Below, one piece after another: positions 10,959 through 23,180 of a DNA stretch of 64,000 bases; positions within the stretch are counted from its first letter, which is position 1; each line of letters opens with the position of its first letter. The position numbers and the translations under genes were made by a program. The notes under the pieces are model-generated. The model saw nothing but the letters and a program-made list of their open reading frames with translations. It ran no database searches and had not been told where the DNA came from. Origin of the DNA: Tubiluchus corallicola (Eukaryota; Animalia; Priapulida); the NCBI GenBank assembly GCA_030141605.1, contig JAQGDQ010000072.1:653672-717671 (forward strand), read 5' to 3'.

Positions 10959-13900
10959 TCAAGACCATGGAAGTGTCATAGGTTGTGGATTTTGCAGATA
11001 AGACATAACTACGGCAGACATAGATAACCTAAAAACAAATATACATTTATTTAATTTGAAGCTAAATGAAGCTCATTGGAAAAAAATCAGTGTGTGACTA
11101 CACCAGACTACACACTGATATTTATGAAGGTTAGTTCCAGAATTTCAATTGATGAAAGTAACATCTAACATATTTTTTAAAGTCTATCAAAACTGCAACG
11201 TCAAAAAGCAATGCCACATTTGCACAACTGTGAACAAGTTGCTGTAGAAACCAGATTACTCGTAATATGAACGCCCGCAAAAAACTGCTTAGTCTAGAGT
11301 AAATTTAAGTGTTAATTGGCAAAAACTAATATCCATTTTCAACAGTATACAGAATCTTGTCAATCGGCGAATTTTGGACAACTGCATTTTTACTCCATAA
11401 ATTACTATTCTTCTTAACACATACATCCTGAATACTCATGTTACTAAACATTGCATTACGCTGAAAGTAGCAAGTCTTCACATCAATTTAGAAACGAAGT
11501 AACCCAAAATATACGTAACAAAAACTTCTGCACTGTAGTGATTTTTTTGCATGACTTAAAGGAAAACAGCATGATTTTCCATTTCATACCCCACTTTGAA
11601 GTATACATTTTAACACATTTAATAATGCCAAGACATTTCTGATAAATAAATAATAGGTTAAAACTTTAATGATGAGCAGGCCCAGCTAGTAATGACATCA
11701 CAACTGAACATAAGTTTTAACAGTACAAATATGTACCTTGCACATATTTGAGAAAACGGAAATTATGGTACAGTGCTACCTTTACAACATTCAGTGTGAT
11801 ATACAGAAACTCGGCAAATTTAAAATTCAAATTTCAAGTTCACCACTGTGGTCATGCCTGAGTTCTCAGACGTGTAACACGTCAGACCCGAACATTTCCG
11901 AACTGTTTTTGTTTCCGACATGTAGAAACGTGTTTCCGAGATGTAGGCACTAGTGTGTGTCTAACTAGCGAATGGCAAAATGCATGTAACAGCAAAGAAC
12001 TAGCCTTACAAATGCGAAATTACATTTCTGTGACAATAATTCTTTTACATAAATCATTCCTGAAAAAATAGCACGTTCCCTTTCTACATTAAATAGTTTA
12101 GAATGTTTTCTGCTAAGTTTAAGACTGGATCCTGTTTTCCTTCAAATTTCACACACATGAATATTCCATGAAGTAATGGTCTACAAAAAGGTTCTTACAT
12201 AAAACTGCTAAGTATCTGTTTTGTGTCATCTGATGTTTTGGAGTTGGCAAAGCTAATGCAAGAGCAATATAGAGCAACCCACGCACACCATTTCATCTGT
12301 AAACACAAAAAACTATCAATAATTAGAAATGTTGCAAAGTTCTAGTTACAAGTTACATACAGCAATATGATGCAGCCAGAAGAAGCTATAAACATAAATT
12401 ATAATGGTTAAGCAACTAAATTTACATGAATAAATAATGTAATCAATAGTTAATTTGTCATTTCCACAATTTCCTGTGGTTATTAGTTGTATGAGTAGCA
12501 ATTTTGTACTTGAGTGGATAGATGCGTGATATGTGAATGGCATGTGGCTGCCGCTGGGCTAATACTCACTCTCTGCGGTAGCACCTGTAAACCTTGGCTG
12601 TTTACACCGCAGATTGTATACCCATCCAAACACGGCTTAAACACCTCTACTGGTTCAGTGGCTCATCATAGAGGGTTCTCCTTGATAGTAAGTTATACTT
12701 CAATCATGTCACCACACCACAAACATCTCATTGAATATGCCCTGCCTTTGAAGGCTGTTATTCGGTTTGCAGTGTGTATACAGTTTATGTGAATGCTGTA
12801 TAATTATACAGTTCACTGATGAATAATACTCATGTTGTATTGTTTTGTTCATCAATAAACTTACTAAGATATAAAAAAATTCTGGATCCATCTTAAAACA
12901 GCTCTGGATAAATGAATTAGCAAGAACGAACACCCTAATAATATAGTAAATTGGGTAATCCTAAGGTGCTGTATCTGATAAACTAAATCTATTAAAAATA
13001 TTGTAACAGGGGCAAATGCAATTTATTTTCAGTCCTTTCTACATTGTATTGGTACTTGTCAATATGAAGCATTGTATACCAGGCATAAATCCATTGATAT
13101 GAAATGGCCTTGTTGAACAAACAGGTGCATTTTATAACTCAGCACCTTTCCGTAATTGCAACCAGCATAAACATGGAACAAATGCCTGGCAGTGTTTCAC
13201 TCCATAAATTTCCACTCCTATGGCATTACTGGTTATGGATTGCAAGACAGCAACAATCCAGTATTGAATCCTGGACTTCTTGGATGCCGTCTTATTACAT
13301 TACAATATTATGGACATCTCATGTAGACGACTTACTCAACCATCTAAATTTCCATTTCTAACATGCAGTGATGAGCCAGAATAAGTACTAATTTATGCTT
13401 TCCACAACATGACAATTTGAAATACACAAGAATTTCTTTTTGTCATAGTATACAGACCATTAACCACTATACAAAAATTTACACTATACAATGTACATTA
13501 CAATCACTAGCACTAAACCATTAAAGCTTACCCTCATCATGAGACCGCAAATGCTAAATATCATACCAAGAACATTCATGTAATCTGGCACAGGGTCATC
13601 TGAAACACCATTGTTTGCTGTAGTATTTGGCTTATACCTAGCACAAACAAAAAAAATAAAGTGATGCAATAGTCAAAAATAGCTCTAATTAAAGCACGAA
13701 CATGTTCTCACCCAAATACTGAACCTTTGAAATTCCGCAATTGCTAATGTGACTACATATGTGAAACTAGCAAAAGGTCAACATAAAAACCTAGTCAGAC
13801 AAAAGCTATCTGATGAAAAATTATTAGAAAGAAAATACTCTTTAAGTGATGAGGAAGCCTTCAGATCCAAATTCACCGATGTTGAAAATTCTTCATTTTT

Positions 13901-14166
13901 CAACACTTCAGACATGTTGGCACTTCTAAAGATAAGACTGGATGAACACATTCCGACTCCTAAGAATCATTATGTTTGACCTGAGAGACCTTCCACCATT
14001 TGGAGTGATCTCCTTCTAATGGTCATTGCCAACTTTAAATATTCACTTTGGTTATCAATGGCTGAGAGTGGGCTTAAAAATCATAAAATTGTTACCTCTG
14101 AATTTTCCCTGGCCTTCGTGGATCATTGATGTTGTTACCCTGATTAGCAACTCCAGAAACTGACAT
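10959..14166 (-). CDS. WDR83OS: Asterix / PAT complex subunit (PAT10, WDR83OS orthologue), 114 aa
   Basis: Minus-strand exons 14166-14096, 13637-13532, 12296-12199, 11028-10959 (345 nt in total) give [27 protein letters not shown]...[78 protein letters not shown], the characteristic Asterix sequence. Confidence 0.96.
12540..12783 (-). ncRNA. Candidate intronic box H/ACA sno/scaRNA (about 245 nt) in Asterix intron 2
   Basis: GC-richer island in an AT-rich intron. On the minus strand: a 12-bp stem with tandem G-U pairs (12776-12765 with 12724-12713) followed by H-box ACATGA (12709-12704); a CCTCTA/TAGAGG stem with UGAG in its loop; ACA at 12617-12615; nested CTGCGGT/ACCGCAG and TGTAAAC/GTTTACA stems; terminal ACA at 12545-12543. 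No family recognised. Confidence 0.4.
13757..14035 (-). ncRNA. Second candidate structured intronic RNA (H/ACA-like) in Asterix intron 1
   Basis: Minus-strand stems GTTGGCA/TGCCAAC, TGACC/GGTCA plus GAGATC/GGTCTC followed by ACATAA (ANANNA, 13975-13970), a perfect 9-bp TGTTGAAAA/TTTTCAACA hairpin (13905-13880), a TCAGATA/TGTCTGA hairpin, and ACA at 13762-13760. Confidence 0.28.
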
Positions 14167-17100
14167 AGTGAAATTAGTGATACGATCTTACATGCACCTG
14201 GTGCCTAATTAGTGAACTGGTTTAGGAAACTGTAATGATAAATTTATTAAATTAAGATCCTATTACAACAGCATAAAGAAGCGAGATGTAAAAACTGATA
14301 ATTAACTGGGAAATTAAATTTTTAGGACAAGTTCACATCTTGTGAGGAGATATAGAAAAGCCAAGGAAGACTTTACATATTTATTTATTTATTTTATAAA
14401 GAACATTTACAAAATATCTTACAAAAGATGAGACTGACAGGCTATGTTAACTTACTTGGCTTTTTTTGGGATCATACTGTACTCTTTCTGAGGGAAAAAC
14501 TTGCTCAGCCAACTTATATCAGAGATTTTCGTATTCGTGTTAACGCTTAAATATTTTCCACCCGTATTTACGTTATTCTTACCAGGTGGTTCTCAATAAT
14601 AAAATTTTTCTTATCAAGTATAATTTCGAAAATTTATATAAATTTAATTTATATTCACAGTTTTTAGCATTGTGAATTAGCCAATACTGTATTGTATACA
14701 TGTAAGAAAACAAACAATTTTTATAATTACATCAGTGGCTACATACAAGTGTTATTTACAGTAATTCTTACACTTTATCAGCTGGCTTTCTTAAGTAGAT
14801 TGATGGTTACATATATGTTAATACAGTTATACAGTAACCAATTACTGAGCCTACTCAGGGAGGAGTCATCCATGATCCATCATCATCTCATGCAAGGCCA
14901 CTTGAAAGTTCTTTTTTATTTCTTCACTAGTTTAATTATTTGCTACTGCTAATTTATTTCTCCACTGTTCATACCGACTGCTTTATTTGTATTATCTTTC
15001 AAAGACTAATGGTCGATCTAAACCTATACTTACAATGTGTCTCTTGTAAGTATTGTACTAGTTCAAACAATACCACACCATTATTAAATCTAGGTTTACC
15101 ACACCTTTAAAAAATTAATCTCAAATACCTTAACCATAAATAGCATGTCTATCTAAATTTTTAAAACCATGTTTGCAAAATATAATTCCAGGTTGCTGTA
15201 ACAGTGGTACAAACCTTCTGAAATTTATTAGTTGTATTTAATACATATCTAGGTTAATAATATAATACAATATTATCATGTTATTTATTATTCAATCAGT
15301 TTAATTTTACAAGTACATGAAATTTCTGCTTCATTAGTTTTCTCTGTTGTATAACCCGATTAAATTTGTTAGCTATTTTGCTTATCTATATACAAATACA
15401 CAATTAGTTACTAGTTTACTTTTCCTTATTAATTTTATTATTTACTTTTGTTTTGCTTAAATCACCAAAATTAAGTTGAGCTTGAATAACTCGCGATTAC
15501 ATTGCGAATACAAATACATACCCCATTCTTCATGAAAACTTCATGTTAAAGAATTCTTTGCAAAAGTTCAAAAAATTCACAAGGGGAGAACGCCTACGCT
15601 GCATGCACTACACACATCACTGTCTGAGTATTTGTTTACACCAACAAGCAGCGTCAACATACAGTACACTTATGCAGTTTATACCTTGTGACGGTATCAC
15701 GGTAAAGATTGACTTATTGTGGATGGAATGCATGATTTGCTCGGTTTCGGTCATCGTGATTGTTCTTATTGAAAAACAGTAATGGAATTCGTCACACTAG
15801 GATTCAGCGATTAGACGGGCCTTTCGATGCAGCCGTCAGACGGAAAGTGTTGGAATACGAAGCCAAAATATAAAAACTTTTACTTAGTTTCCAATGAGCA
15901 ACAGAAAATTATTGAAGCAATGAAAGCACAATCTAAAAAAGCTCGATTCATACCTACAAACTGCAAAACAATCTGTGTGTGACAATTTCTCGTCTGTTTG
16001 CTCCGAAAAATGAGTTTAGAACATGATGAACTGTAGTGTTAAAAATATTGTGCTTACACTTCGGACAGATTACATAAGATCCAGTTTTTGGTAGTGCCTT
16101 TTTAATTTGTTTCATTTTAAGCCAAAGCGCATAGTTTATCGATGCAGTTTAGTCATCTCGAGATTTGTATCCATTTCAATAAAAATATCGCAATTACATT
16201 ACGTAATGCAATTTTTTGCGTTAAAATTTTATGTATGATGTTTCTTCTTCCTGAATTTTGAATATTAACTAAAGAAAAAGACATTGTAAATCGTAAATTC
16301 ACAACTGTAAATTGTTTATACTTACACCATAAACAATGAGTTCCGTATATTTGGTAATTTGTGTAGCACAAAGAGCATTGTACTAGATTGTTTTGTACTA
16401 CACATACTTTTTCAACTTTGTAATAGAATGAGTGTCAGAATAACCTTGCTTGAAATAACATAATAAATAATTATTTTGTCATCGAATACATTATATCGTT
16501 ACTTTTTTATTTTGTAAAAGTGGATAATAATACGTTAATAATAAATGTATTATTATCATTAATTTTTATTTCAGTCCAACTGACCACAAGAATTTTATTT
16601 AATCCTAATATTTTAATAATACTGCAGTGTAAAAATGAACACAACATATTGTAATCATGTAAAAACAAAAGCTAACGAACAACAGTTAAATTTCCAGTTG
16701 ATATTAAAAGTCTCACTGACTGAAACATGACAAAGTTAGAAATGTTCATATATGTTTAATCACTAATTCTAGAGCTAATATGTTATAGTCTCTTTGTCCA
16801 CGGGGTTCGCATATTTTTGTCAAGGCTGATAAAATGAAGACATTACTAAAAATTGTCACATTAGCATTATAATTAAGCTTCAGCGAGTTTCTCTGCATTT
16901 ACAAATTCATTAATTCTTCTAATACAATGAGGTTACTTTATCTGACTTATTTTACAAGAAAAGAACTTTTGTTACCAAGGCCCACACTTTTGTAGCTTGT
17001 ATTGCTGACAATGTTTTCAATTAATGCCACAAAAATTTTAACAATATGCAGTAGTTTTACTTTTGCACATCTATTAGAATATACCATAATGGACTTAATG

Positions 17101-18124
17101 GACTTATAACTTTCGACGGTAGTAAAATATATTGCTTTTGATGTAAACATCTTAATGAGCGTTACGACAATCGTTTCTATCAGCTGACTACCTATCCGAC
17201 CCAAGGTCAAATACTGTCATGCAGTAATAACAGCTTTATTTTTAGCCCAGTTGTGTATGACAGTATCACAACAAACTGCGAGTACACTCTGCTACGTCAT
17301 CAGCAGAGCTGTGCTAGTTCAATTTTTCACCTGGAGAGGCGTAAGTGCAGCTCCATCGAGTTTCCCACGAGATACAAAAAAAGTTAATTATTCATTAATT
17401 AGACAACGTACTGCTAAAAAATTTCGCCAAGTTGTTCACAGGGAAGGCAGCTATAAAATAAGTTTAACTTCATTTTCTACTTATATAAAATTATAATCTT
17501 TGTTATAATGTTTACTTGCCACGCAGCAGTTATAGTACCCTCACTATTCAGAGATAGCAGACATGATAAGCATTTAGTCTTTTGTCATCTCGTGCTTTTT
17601 AAAACTTTGTACTGTAGACTATTATCGAGTACTACTACTAAAGTACTATCCAGTGTTTATTTGAAGGCAAAAAATTATTCTGATTCCGATTAGTTCTTAC
17701 ACCAACATATGGGGAGAAATGACAAACATTATTAAATTTACGTCAGAAGTTAGTTTTACAAAATTTACAATAATGACATTAAAAATACAATAAAATAATC
17801 AAAATTGGGAGAAAGCATGTCTACTAAGTACTATTGAGTATTGTGTAATTATTATTTCGAAAATCACTGCTGTACATTAAAATGCCAAAAATATGTAAAA
17901 AGGCAATGGATGAATTATTTAGATACTAATGAAGCAGGTTAGACACTCAGCAAGTACAAAATACTTACCAAGAAATGTTTGGTTTCACGCTACTAACCTA
18001 CCTGTCTACCTAACACGTAGTTACTAGCTACTACTTACTTAGCCTAAATTACAGCTGAAATGAAGCGAAAGCAAAAATGACGAAATTAAAATAACACATA
18101 TTCTGCCTGTGGCAAGGACTACAA

Positions 18125-18750
18125 CAGTAACAAATGGCGCCCATCAATTCTTTTGATGATTTTGAAAGCTTGTATTAAATCAGCATGCGTCCTTCTAGTT
18201 AATAGTGTATGCAGACGTTTAAGTCGCTGACAATGTGGAACATTCATCGACTCTTCAACCTTTTTGTAGCCCTTCTTTGGACACCCTCGATCAGGATCAG
18301 ACATATCTTTAATAAAGCACGGATTCCAAACAGGACTGGCATATTACACAATTGGACAGACTTTCGATTTATGTAGCGTGATAAGTATGCTTGTCTTTTT
18401 ATTAATGAGTGTTCTGTTTATCATGCCAACTATCATGTTTGCTTTTTTGACTTTAATGGAGATGTGCTTTCCAGGTTTTACTTTTGATGATATTATGACA
18501 CCTAAGTCAGTTTCTCCTGGAGTACATTTCATGAAGTGTTATTAACTGTGTGATCTTGGTGTGGATTTGAAATCCTATATGCATTAATTTACACTTGCTT
18601 TCATCGACTAAAATTTGCCATTCTTGTGACCAATTAAAAAGCACTTGTAAAGAGTTTTTTGGGACAAAATTTCATCATAAATATGTGCCCATTCTACTGC
18701 ACATTTTGAAGTCATACGCAAATTTAGACAATTTTATTCCTACACCTTCG
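18125..18750 (-). mobile_element. Degenerate CR1/L2-like LINE reverse-transcriptase C-terminal fragment
   Basis: Minus-strand peptides KFAYDFKM (decayed FADD), ETDLGVIISSKVKPGKHISIKVKKANMIVGMINRT and RRTHADLIQAFKIIKRID are typical of the CR1 ORF2 tail; frameshifted. Confidence 0.8.
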
Positions 18751-18756
18751 TCAATA

Positions 18757-19400
18757 TCATTTACATAAACTAGAAACAAGAGGGGTCCCAGAACTGATCC
18801 TTGAGATACCCCAGCACAAACAGGCACATACTTCGAGAAACTGTTCCCAATTGCAGTTTGGGTTGGGTTCTGAATAGGGCTTTCTGAATTGTCTGATTAA
18901 TTCTAGCCAAACCTGGAGTGGTGTGTCTGACAGTGTTGCTTCTTGTATATCAGATGTAGTGATTTGGTCTGTTAGTATTCTGTCTGTGTTCTGCACAGAG
19001 AAGAGTTCATTTTAAGTTTGGTTGTTTATAGGAATCTGCTAATTTGGCTTTTGCTGTGAAGTATATACTGTATAATTATTGTGTTGTACAGGAGTGTTTG
19101 TGTGAAATAGATCACACTATTCAAGACAGTGTTGGGTGGATTGGGGCTTTTGTTAATGCAATAGATTCGAGTTTGTTGCACTTTACATGTGTGTTCTGTA
19201 CAGACCAGATAGTATAAACCTGAATTTAGCCACGAAATTCCCAAAAAACATTTCCCGAGTCCTGATAATTCATTTATCTTAAAAAGCAATGATTGGTCAG
19301 TCTAGTGTTTCAGTTTCTGATAATAGTACTATATGTCCTCTGATAATATGCAATATAGCTTTCCTGTTCTACTGCTGACAAGTTTCAGCTAATTCAGTTA
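18757..19400 (-). mobile_element. Possible degenerate LINE APE-endonuclease fragment
   Basis: Weak similarity only (IYCINKSPNP, an RTGKLY stretch resembling the GGGVAIY region); lies collinearly 5' of the CR1-like RT fragment. Confidence 0.3.
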
Positions 19401-19599
19401 TTGCTGCAAACTGTCCGGGTCGACTACATCTGGAATATGCCAGTCAAGTGCGAAGCAATTCTTATTAATTGAATTACATCAAAATACTAGTGACTAGAAG
19501 ATGACCAAAAAATCAAAAGACATGATTGAAACCTTGAATGCCATACTAGGATTAAGATACTGTCATGTATTGATAATACTGCTAACAATGGTATGAATC

Positions 19600-20518
19600 G
19601 GTTAGTTTTCATGAGGACACTTCTATCTGAGAAAGGTATAGGTCCAACTCAAGAGTGAGCAAGAGCCATCGAAGATGCATGAGAGCCGGAAACTTCGGAA
19701 GTTCGTAGCTTCTTAGGACTCATTGGATTCAGTAGCCAATTTATCCCAGATTTCGCTACTATATCGGAGCCGCTTCGCAAGCTAACTCGAAAAGGAGAAC
19801 CATTTGAATTTGGACTAGAACAGAAGGAAGCATTCAAGTTGCTGAAACAAAAGTTGGCAAAAGCTGCTACACTGGCTTATTATGATAAAGATGCACCAAT
19901 TAAAGTCATAGCTGATGCAGGGCCTGTTGGTCTTGGAGCTGTATTGATTCAAAAGAAAGATGGTGACATGCAACCAGTCTGCTATGCAAGTCGTAGTTTG
20001 ACCGCATGTGAGAGAAGATACTCGCAAACGGAGAAAGAGGCTTTAGCACTGGTCTGGGCATGCGAACGATTTCATGCATACGTATATGGATAAAAGTTTG
20101 AACTGTTAACTGACCATAGAGTTTTGCAAACTATTTACGGTCCTAGATCAAAACCATGGTACACGGATAGAACGTTTGGTACTACGGTTGCAACCGTATA
20201 ACTATAAAGTAGTTTACGTGCCAGGACAACAGAACATTGCTGACCCACTATCACGTCTTTTAAGAGTAGAGGATGCCAACAATCATGAACATGGTGCAGA
20301 GGAGTATGTAGGCACAAAATAAAGCCTTCGAACCAAGGTGTGGTGGCCTGGCATGGATAAAGCAGCTACGAAATTTTGCAAGTCATGCCATGGATGTCAA
20401 ATTGTTGCTCGTCCCGATCCGCCAGAACCATTGAGGCCTACGGTATTGCCAGATGGACCATGGCTGGACCTTGCCATTGACTTACTTGGTCCATTACCTT
20501 CTGGTCATTCTATATTAT
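19600..20518 (+). mobile_element. Ty3/Gypsy LTR-retrotransposon pol fragment (RT connection, RNase H, integrase N-terminus), disrupted
   Basis: EVRSFLGLIGFSSQFIPDFATISEPLRKLTRK...IADAGPVGLGAVLIQ...[52 protein letters not shown] and WWPGMDKAATKFCKSCHGCQ...PWLDLAIDLLGPLP; contains stops and deletions; no LTRs seen. Confidence 0.92.
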
Positions 20519-21269
20519 CAGGAAAATATAGGATCATATCAAGAAAAGAAGCAAAAATTATACCATGCTTCACAGTTTAGTCTTGATTCTGATTCGGAGG
20601 AAGGAGAACCAATTCAGGAATACAAACCTGCAAATGCTCAGTCCTTTGATGAAAAGCTTTGTTCGGAGTTCAAGGCTTACTTGCTTGAAAATAGCACACA
20701 TGTTGAATACGAAGACAGTTTGCAATATTGGCAATCAAGATCTACAGTTCATCCTAACTTAAAAATTTTAGCATTAAGACTGTTCTCTGTTCCTGCTAGT
20801 ACTGTGCCAAGTGAAAGGCTTTTTGATTTCCAAAAAGTGGGCTTCATTAACACCAGCCACGAGTGAAAAACTATTACTGTTAAAAGATTGGAAAGGGCAT
20901 GGCTTTTGAGTAACACCTATATATATGTAATTCACATAATAAATATTTTCATTGACTGGCTTGTACAGGCTTACTGTTATTTCACAAACTGCTTTTCTAT
21001 AGTGTCGTCTATAATACATAAACTGATATTATATAAAGTTACACTTGTATACAAAACTACAATTCATATTTTGTGAAATTTGCATTTCTTTATTTTTTGT
21101 ACCAACACACCACAAAAAAATTTAGATTTTTGCACACATTATTCCAAATTTGATTCGAAAATGGCTAGTAATGAATTCGAAAGTGATTCAAATTCGAAAT
21201 CTTGAAATTCGATTCGATTCGAATTCGAAATCTTGAAATTCGATTTTTTGAGGAGTTTGCTCACCCCTA
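20519..21269 (+). mobile_element. 3' end of a hAT DNA transposon (dimerisation domain plus right TIR)
   Basis: DSLQYWQSRSTVHPNLKILALRLFSVPASTVPSERLF is the hAT C-terminal dimerisation motif; followed by TTCGAA subterminal repeats (21150-21245) and the terminus TGCTCACCCCTA at 21258-21269. Confidence 0.88.
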
Positions 21270-23180
21270 TTTAAGACCTGATAATTTTTTGTAGAGTGTC
21301 TTCTGCCAAACCATTGACTTTCTTTTGAAAGTTAATTGTCTGTTACTCTCATTTGTTGGTGCCTTGGTGTTGTGCAATCTTCGAGGTCTTCGCAGTATGC
21401 CCACTTTGTAGAATTAACAGGCACTATTAAATCTTTCAAATATAGAGAAAATGTGCAAGGCATTAATCACAAATTGCGACCAAACGTCTTGTTTAATCAC
21501 CTTTATGTAGCTTTAGCTCTTTTTTCTCAACTCCATTGCATCTTTTATAAAAAAATTATGCATTCTTGTAGAAACCTCAACGTACTATTATTATCATCAT
21601 AATTAATTTTGGTATCATAATGTCTGCACTAAGATGTGGGTACAGCGTGTTAAATGTAGAATTTTCGACTCGCTATTTTTCTTCTATCCTTTTAGCCTGA
21701 TAACGTAATAATTATTGTGGTAGAGAGGCAAGTGTGAACCGCCTAAACCGTCTGTAGGAAACACACTCGGCTGAATAGAACGCAAAAGCGTTTCAACGTT
21801 ATACTTTTTGCGAAAATTAATTAAACAAAGCCCGAAGAAAGATGATATCGTTGATTGCGAGTAATGGAGGAACCTGCTTTCTTTTAAAGTTAAAGGTTTG
21901 ATAATCATTTAATGCAAATAGGATTGTTAAGGCAAGTGTTCGCGGCTTAAGATGTAAAACAGTACGATGTGATGAAAATATGATTATACTGCATCTCTAT
22001 GCACATGCATAGCTCTGTGCAAAATATATTATTGGTTATAAAACTTATATATTAACAGTTCTAATCAGACTCAACTCTCAAGTACAGGGTGCCCAGAAAT
22101 TCTTTTTATTTTAAATAATTTTTGGAAAGCCAAAAAAGTTTTTTCCACTGTTGCGACATTTCCAGTCTTCTAAACTCTTCATAATGACCTTTTCCAAACA
22201 GCAGAAATTATCCACAAATTTACATGTAGTTTAATTTTTCATCTGTAATGATAAGCCTTCTTTATAATATGTGATGTGTCATTAAGCAATACGTCGGTAA
22301 ATGAGAAAGAAATTTATATAAAGGCATCCATTTGCATTCCAGGAGCAAAAATCAATAGTGCTTGACTATGTAAAAACTTCAGTTGCTTCGAGAGGAACAG
22401 AAATCACTGAAGCATGAATGTAAAACTAAAAAGTAAAAGCATTCACTTTATGTTACAGGAGAATAATCATTAATGCTTGGCTCCTAAATTTAACTCTTCA
22501 CATGGTTCATTGTTTACACTTCTATATTATGTATTTGTTTAATTAAAAAGCTAAATGGGTACGAAAACTAAAATCTAAATTTGAAATATAGGTCCTCTTC
22601 TTCAGCCATTTTTCTTCCTTTTCTTTATCGTAAAAAATGTAAGGTTGAGTCCTTAGATTTTTTCCTTTTTCAGCCAGCACTTATAACTCTGCATTGCATT
22701 TCCTAAGTCCCGTCTTACTTTCAAGCTGCGTCCTCCATCAGAATTGTTTTAAATGCTGTCTTTTTACATATAAATGCTGTCAACATACAAATGATGCCAT
22801 TGCAGCCCTTAACATGAATCATCATGGTCTACCTAGCTGTCTAATTGCCGCCTAATAGTTGTTTAGTTGGGCAAATTAAATTATTATCTGCATAATTGAT
22901 GAGGGTTAAGTAGTGGGTGTCTTGAGTGTTAAGCTATCAAGTCATTTTAAGATTACAATTTGATCTTTTTGTTTGATGTTTTTTTCAGGTTGTAAAATCA
23001 TGCTGTAATTTATGAAGCTGTAAAATGTCAAAAATTAGATGTCCTACTTTTGTGTCATGCACAAAATCTGCTGAACTATGTGAGGTTGATCCTTGATGAT
23101 AAAATGATTTTGCGAAGAGTATCTTCCTAGTTTTTTTCTCTAATTAAGAAGCTGTGACGAGCTGAAGTTGTTGCAGTACA

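Noticed and set aside
11668-11710. ATGATGA...CTGA box C/D-like pair
   Set aside because: Only ~40 nt long and antisense to the host Asterix transcript.
13749-13979. Plus-strand 76-aa ORF with RLDEH (GIY-YIG/Penelope-like)
   Set aside because: Non-ATG start, no other GIY-YIG motifs, and antisense within an Asterix intron.
20453-20866. Apparent integrase-hAT fusion gene
   Set aside because: The Gypsy and hAT peptides are in different frames and both are truncated; this is a nested or deleted TE junction.
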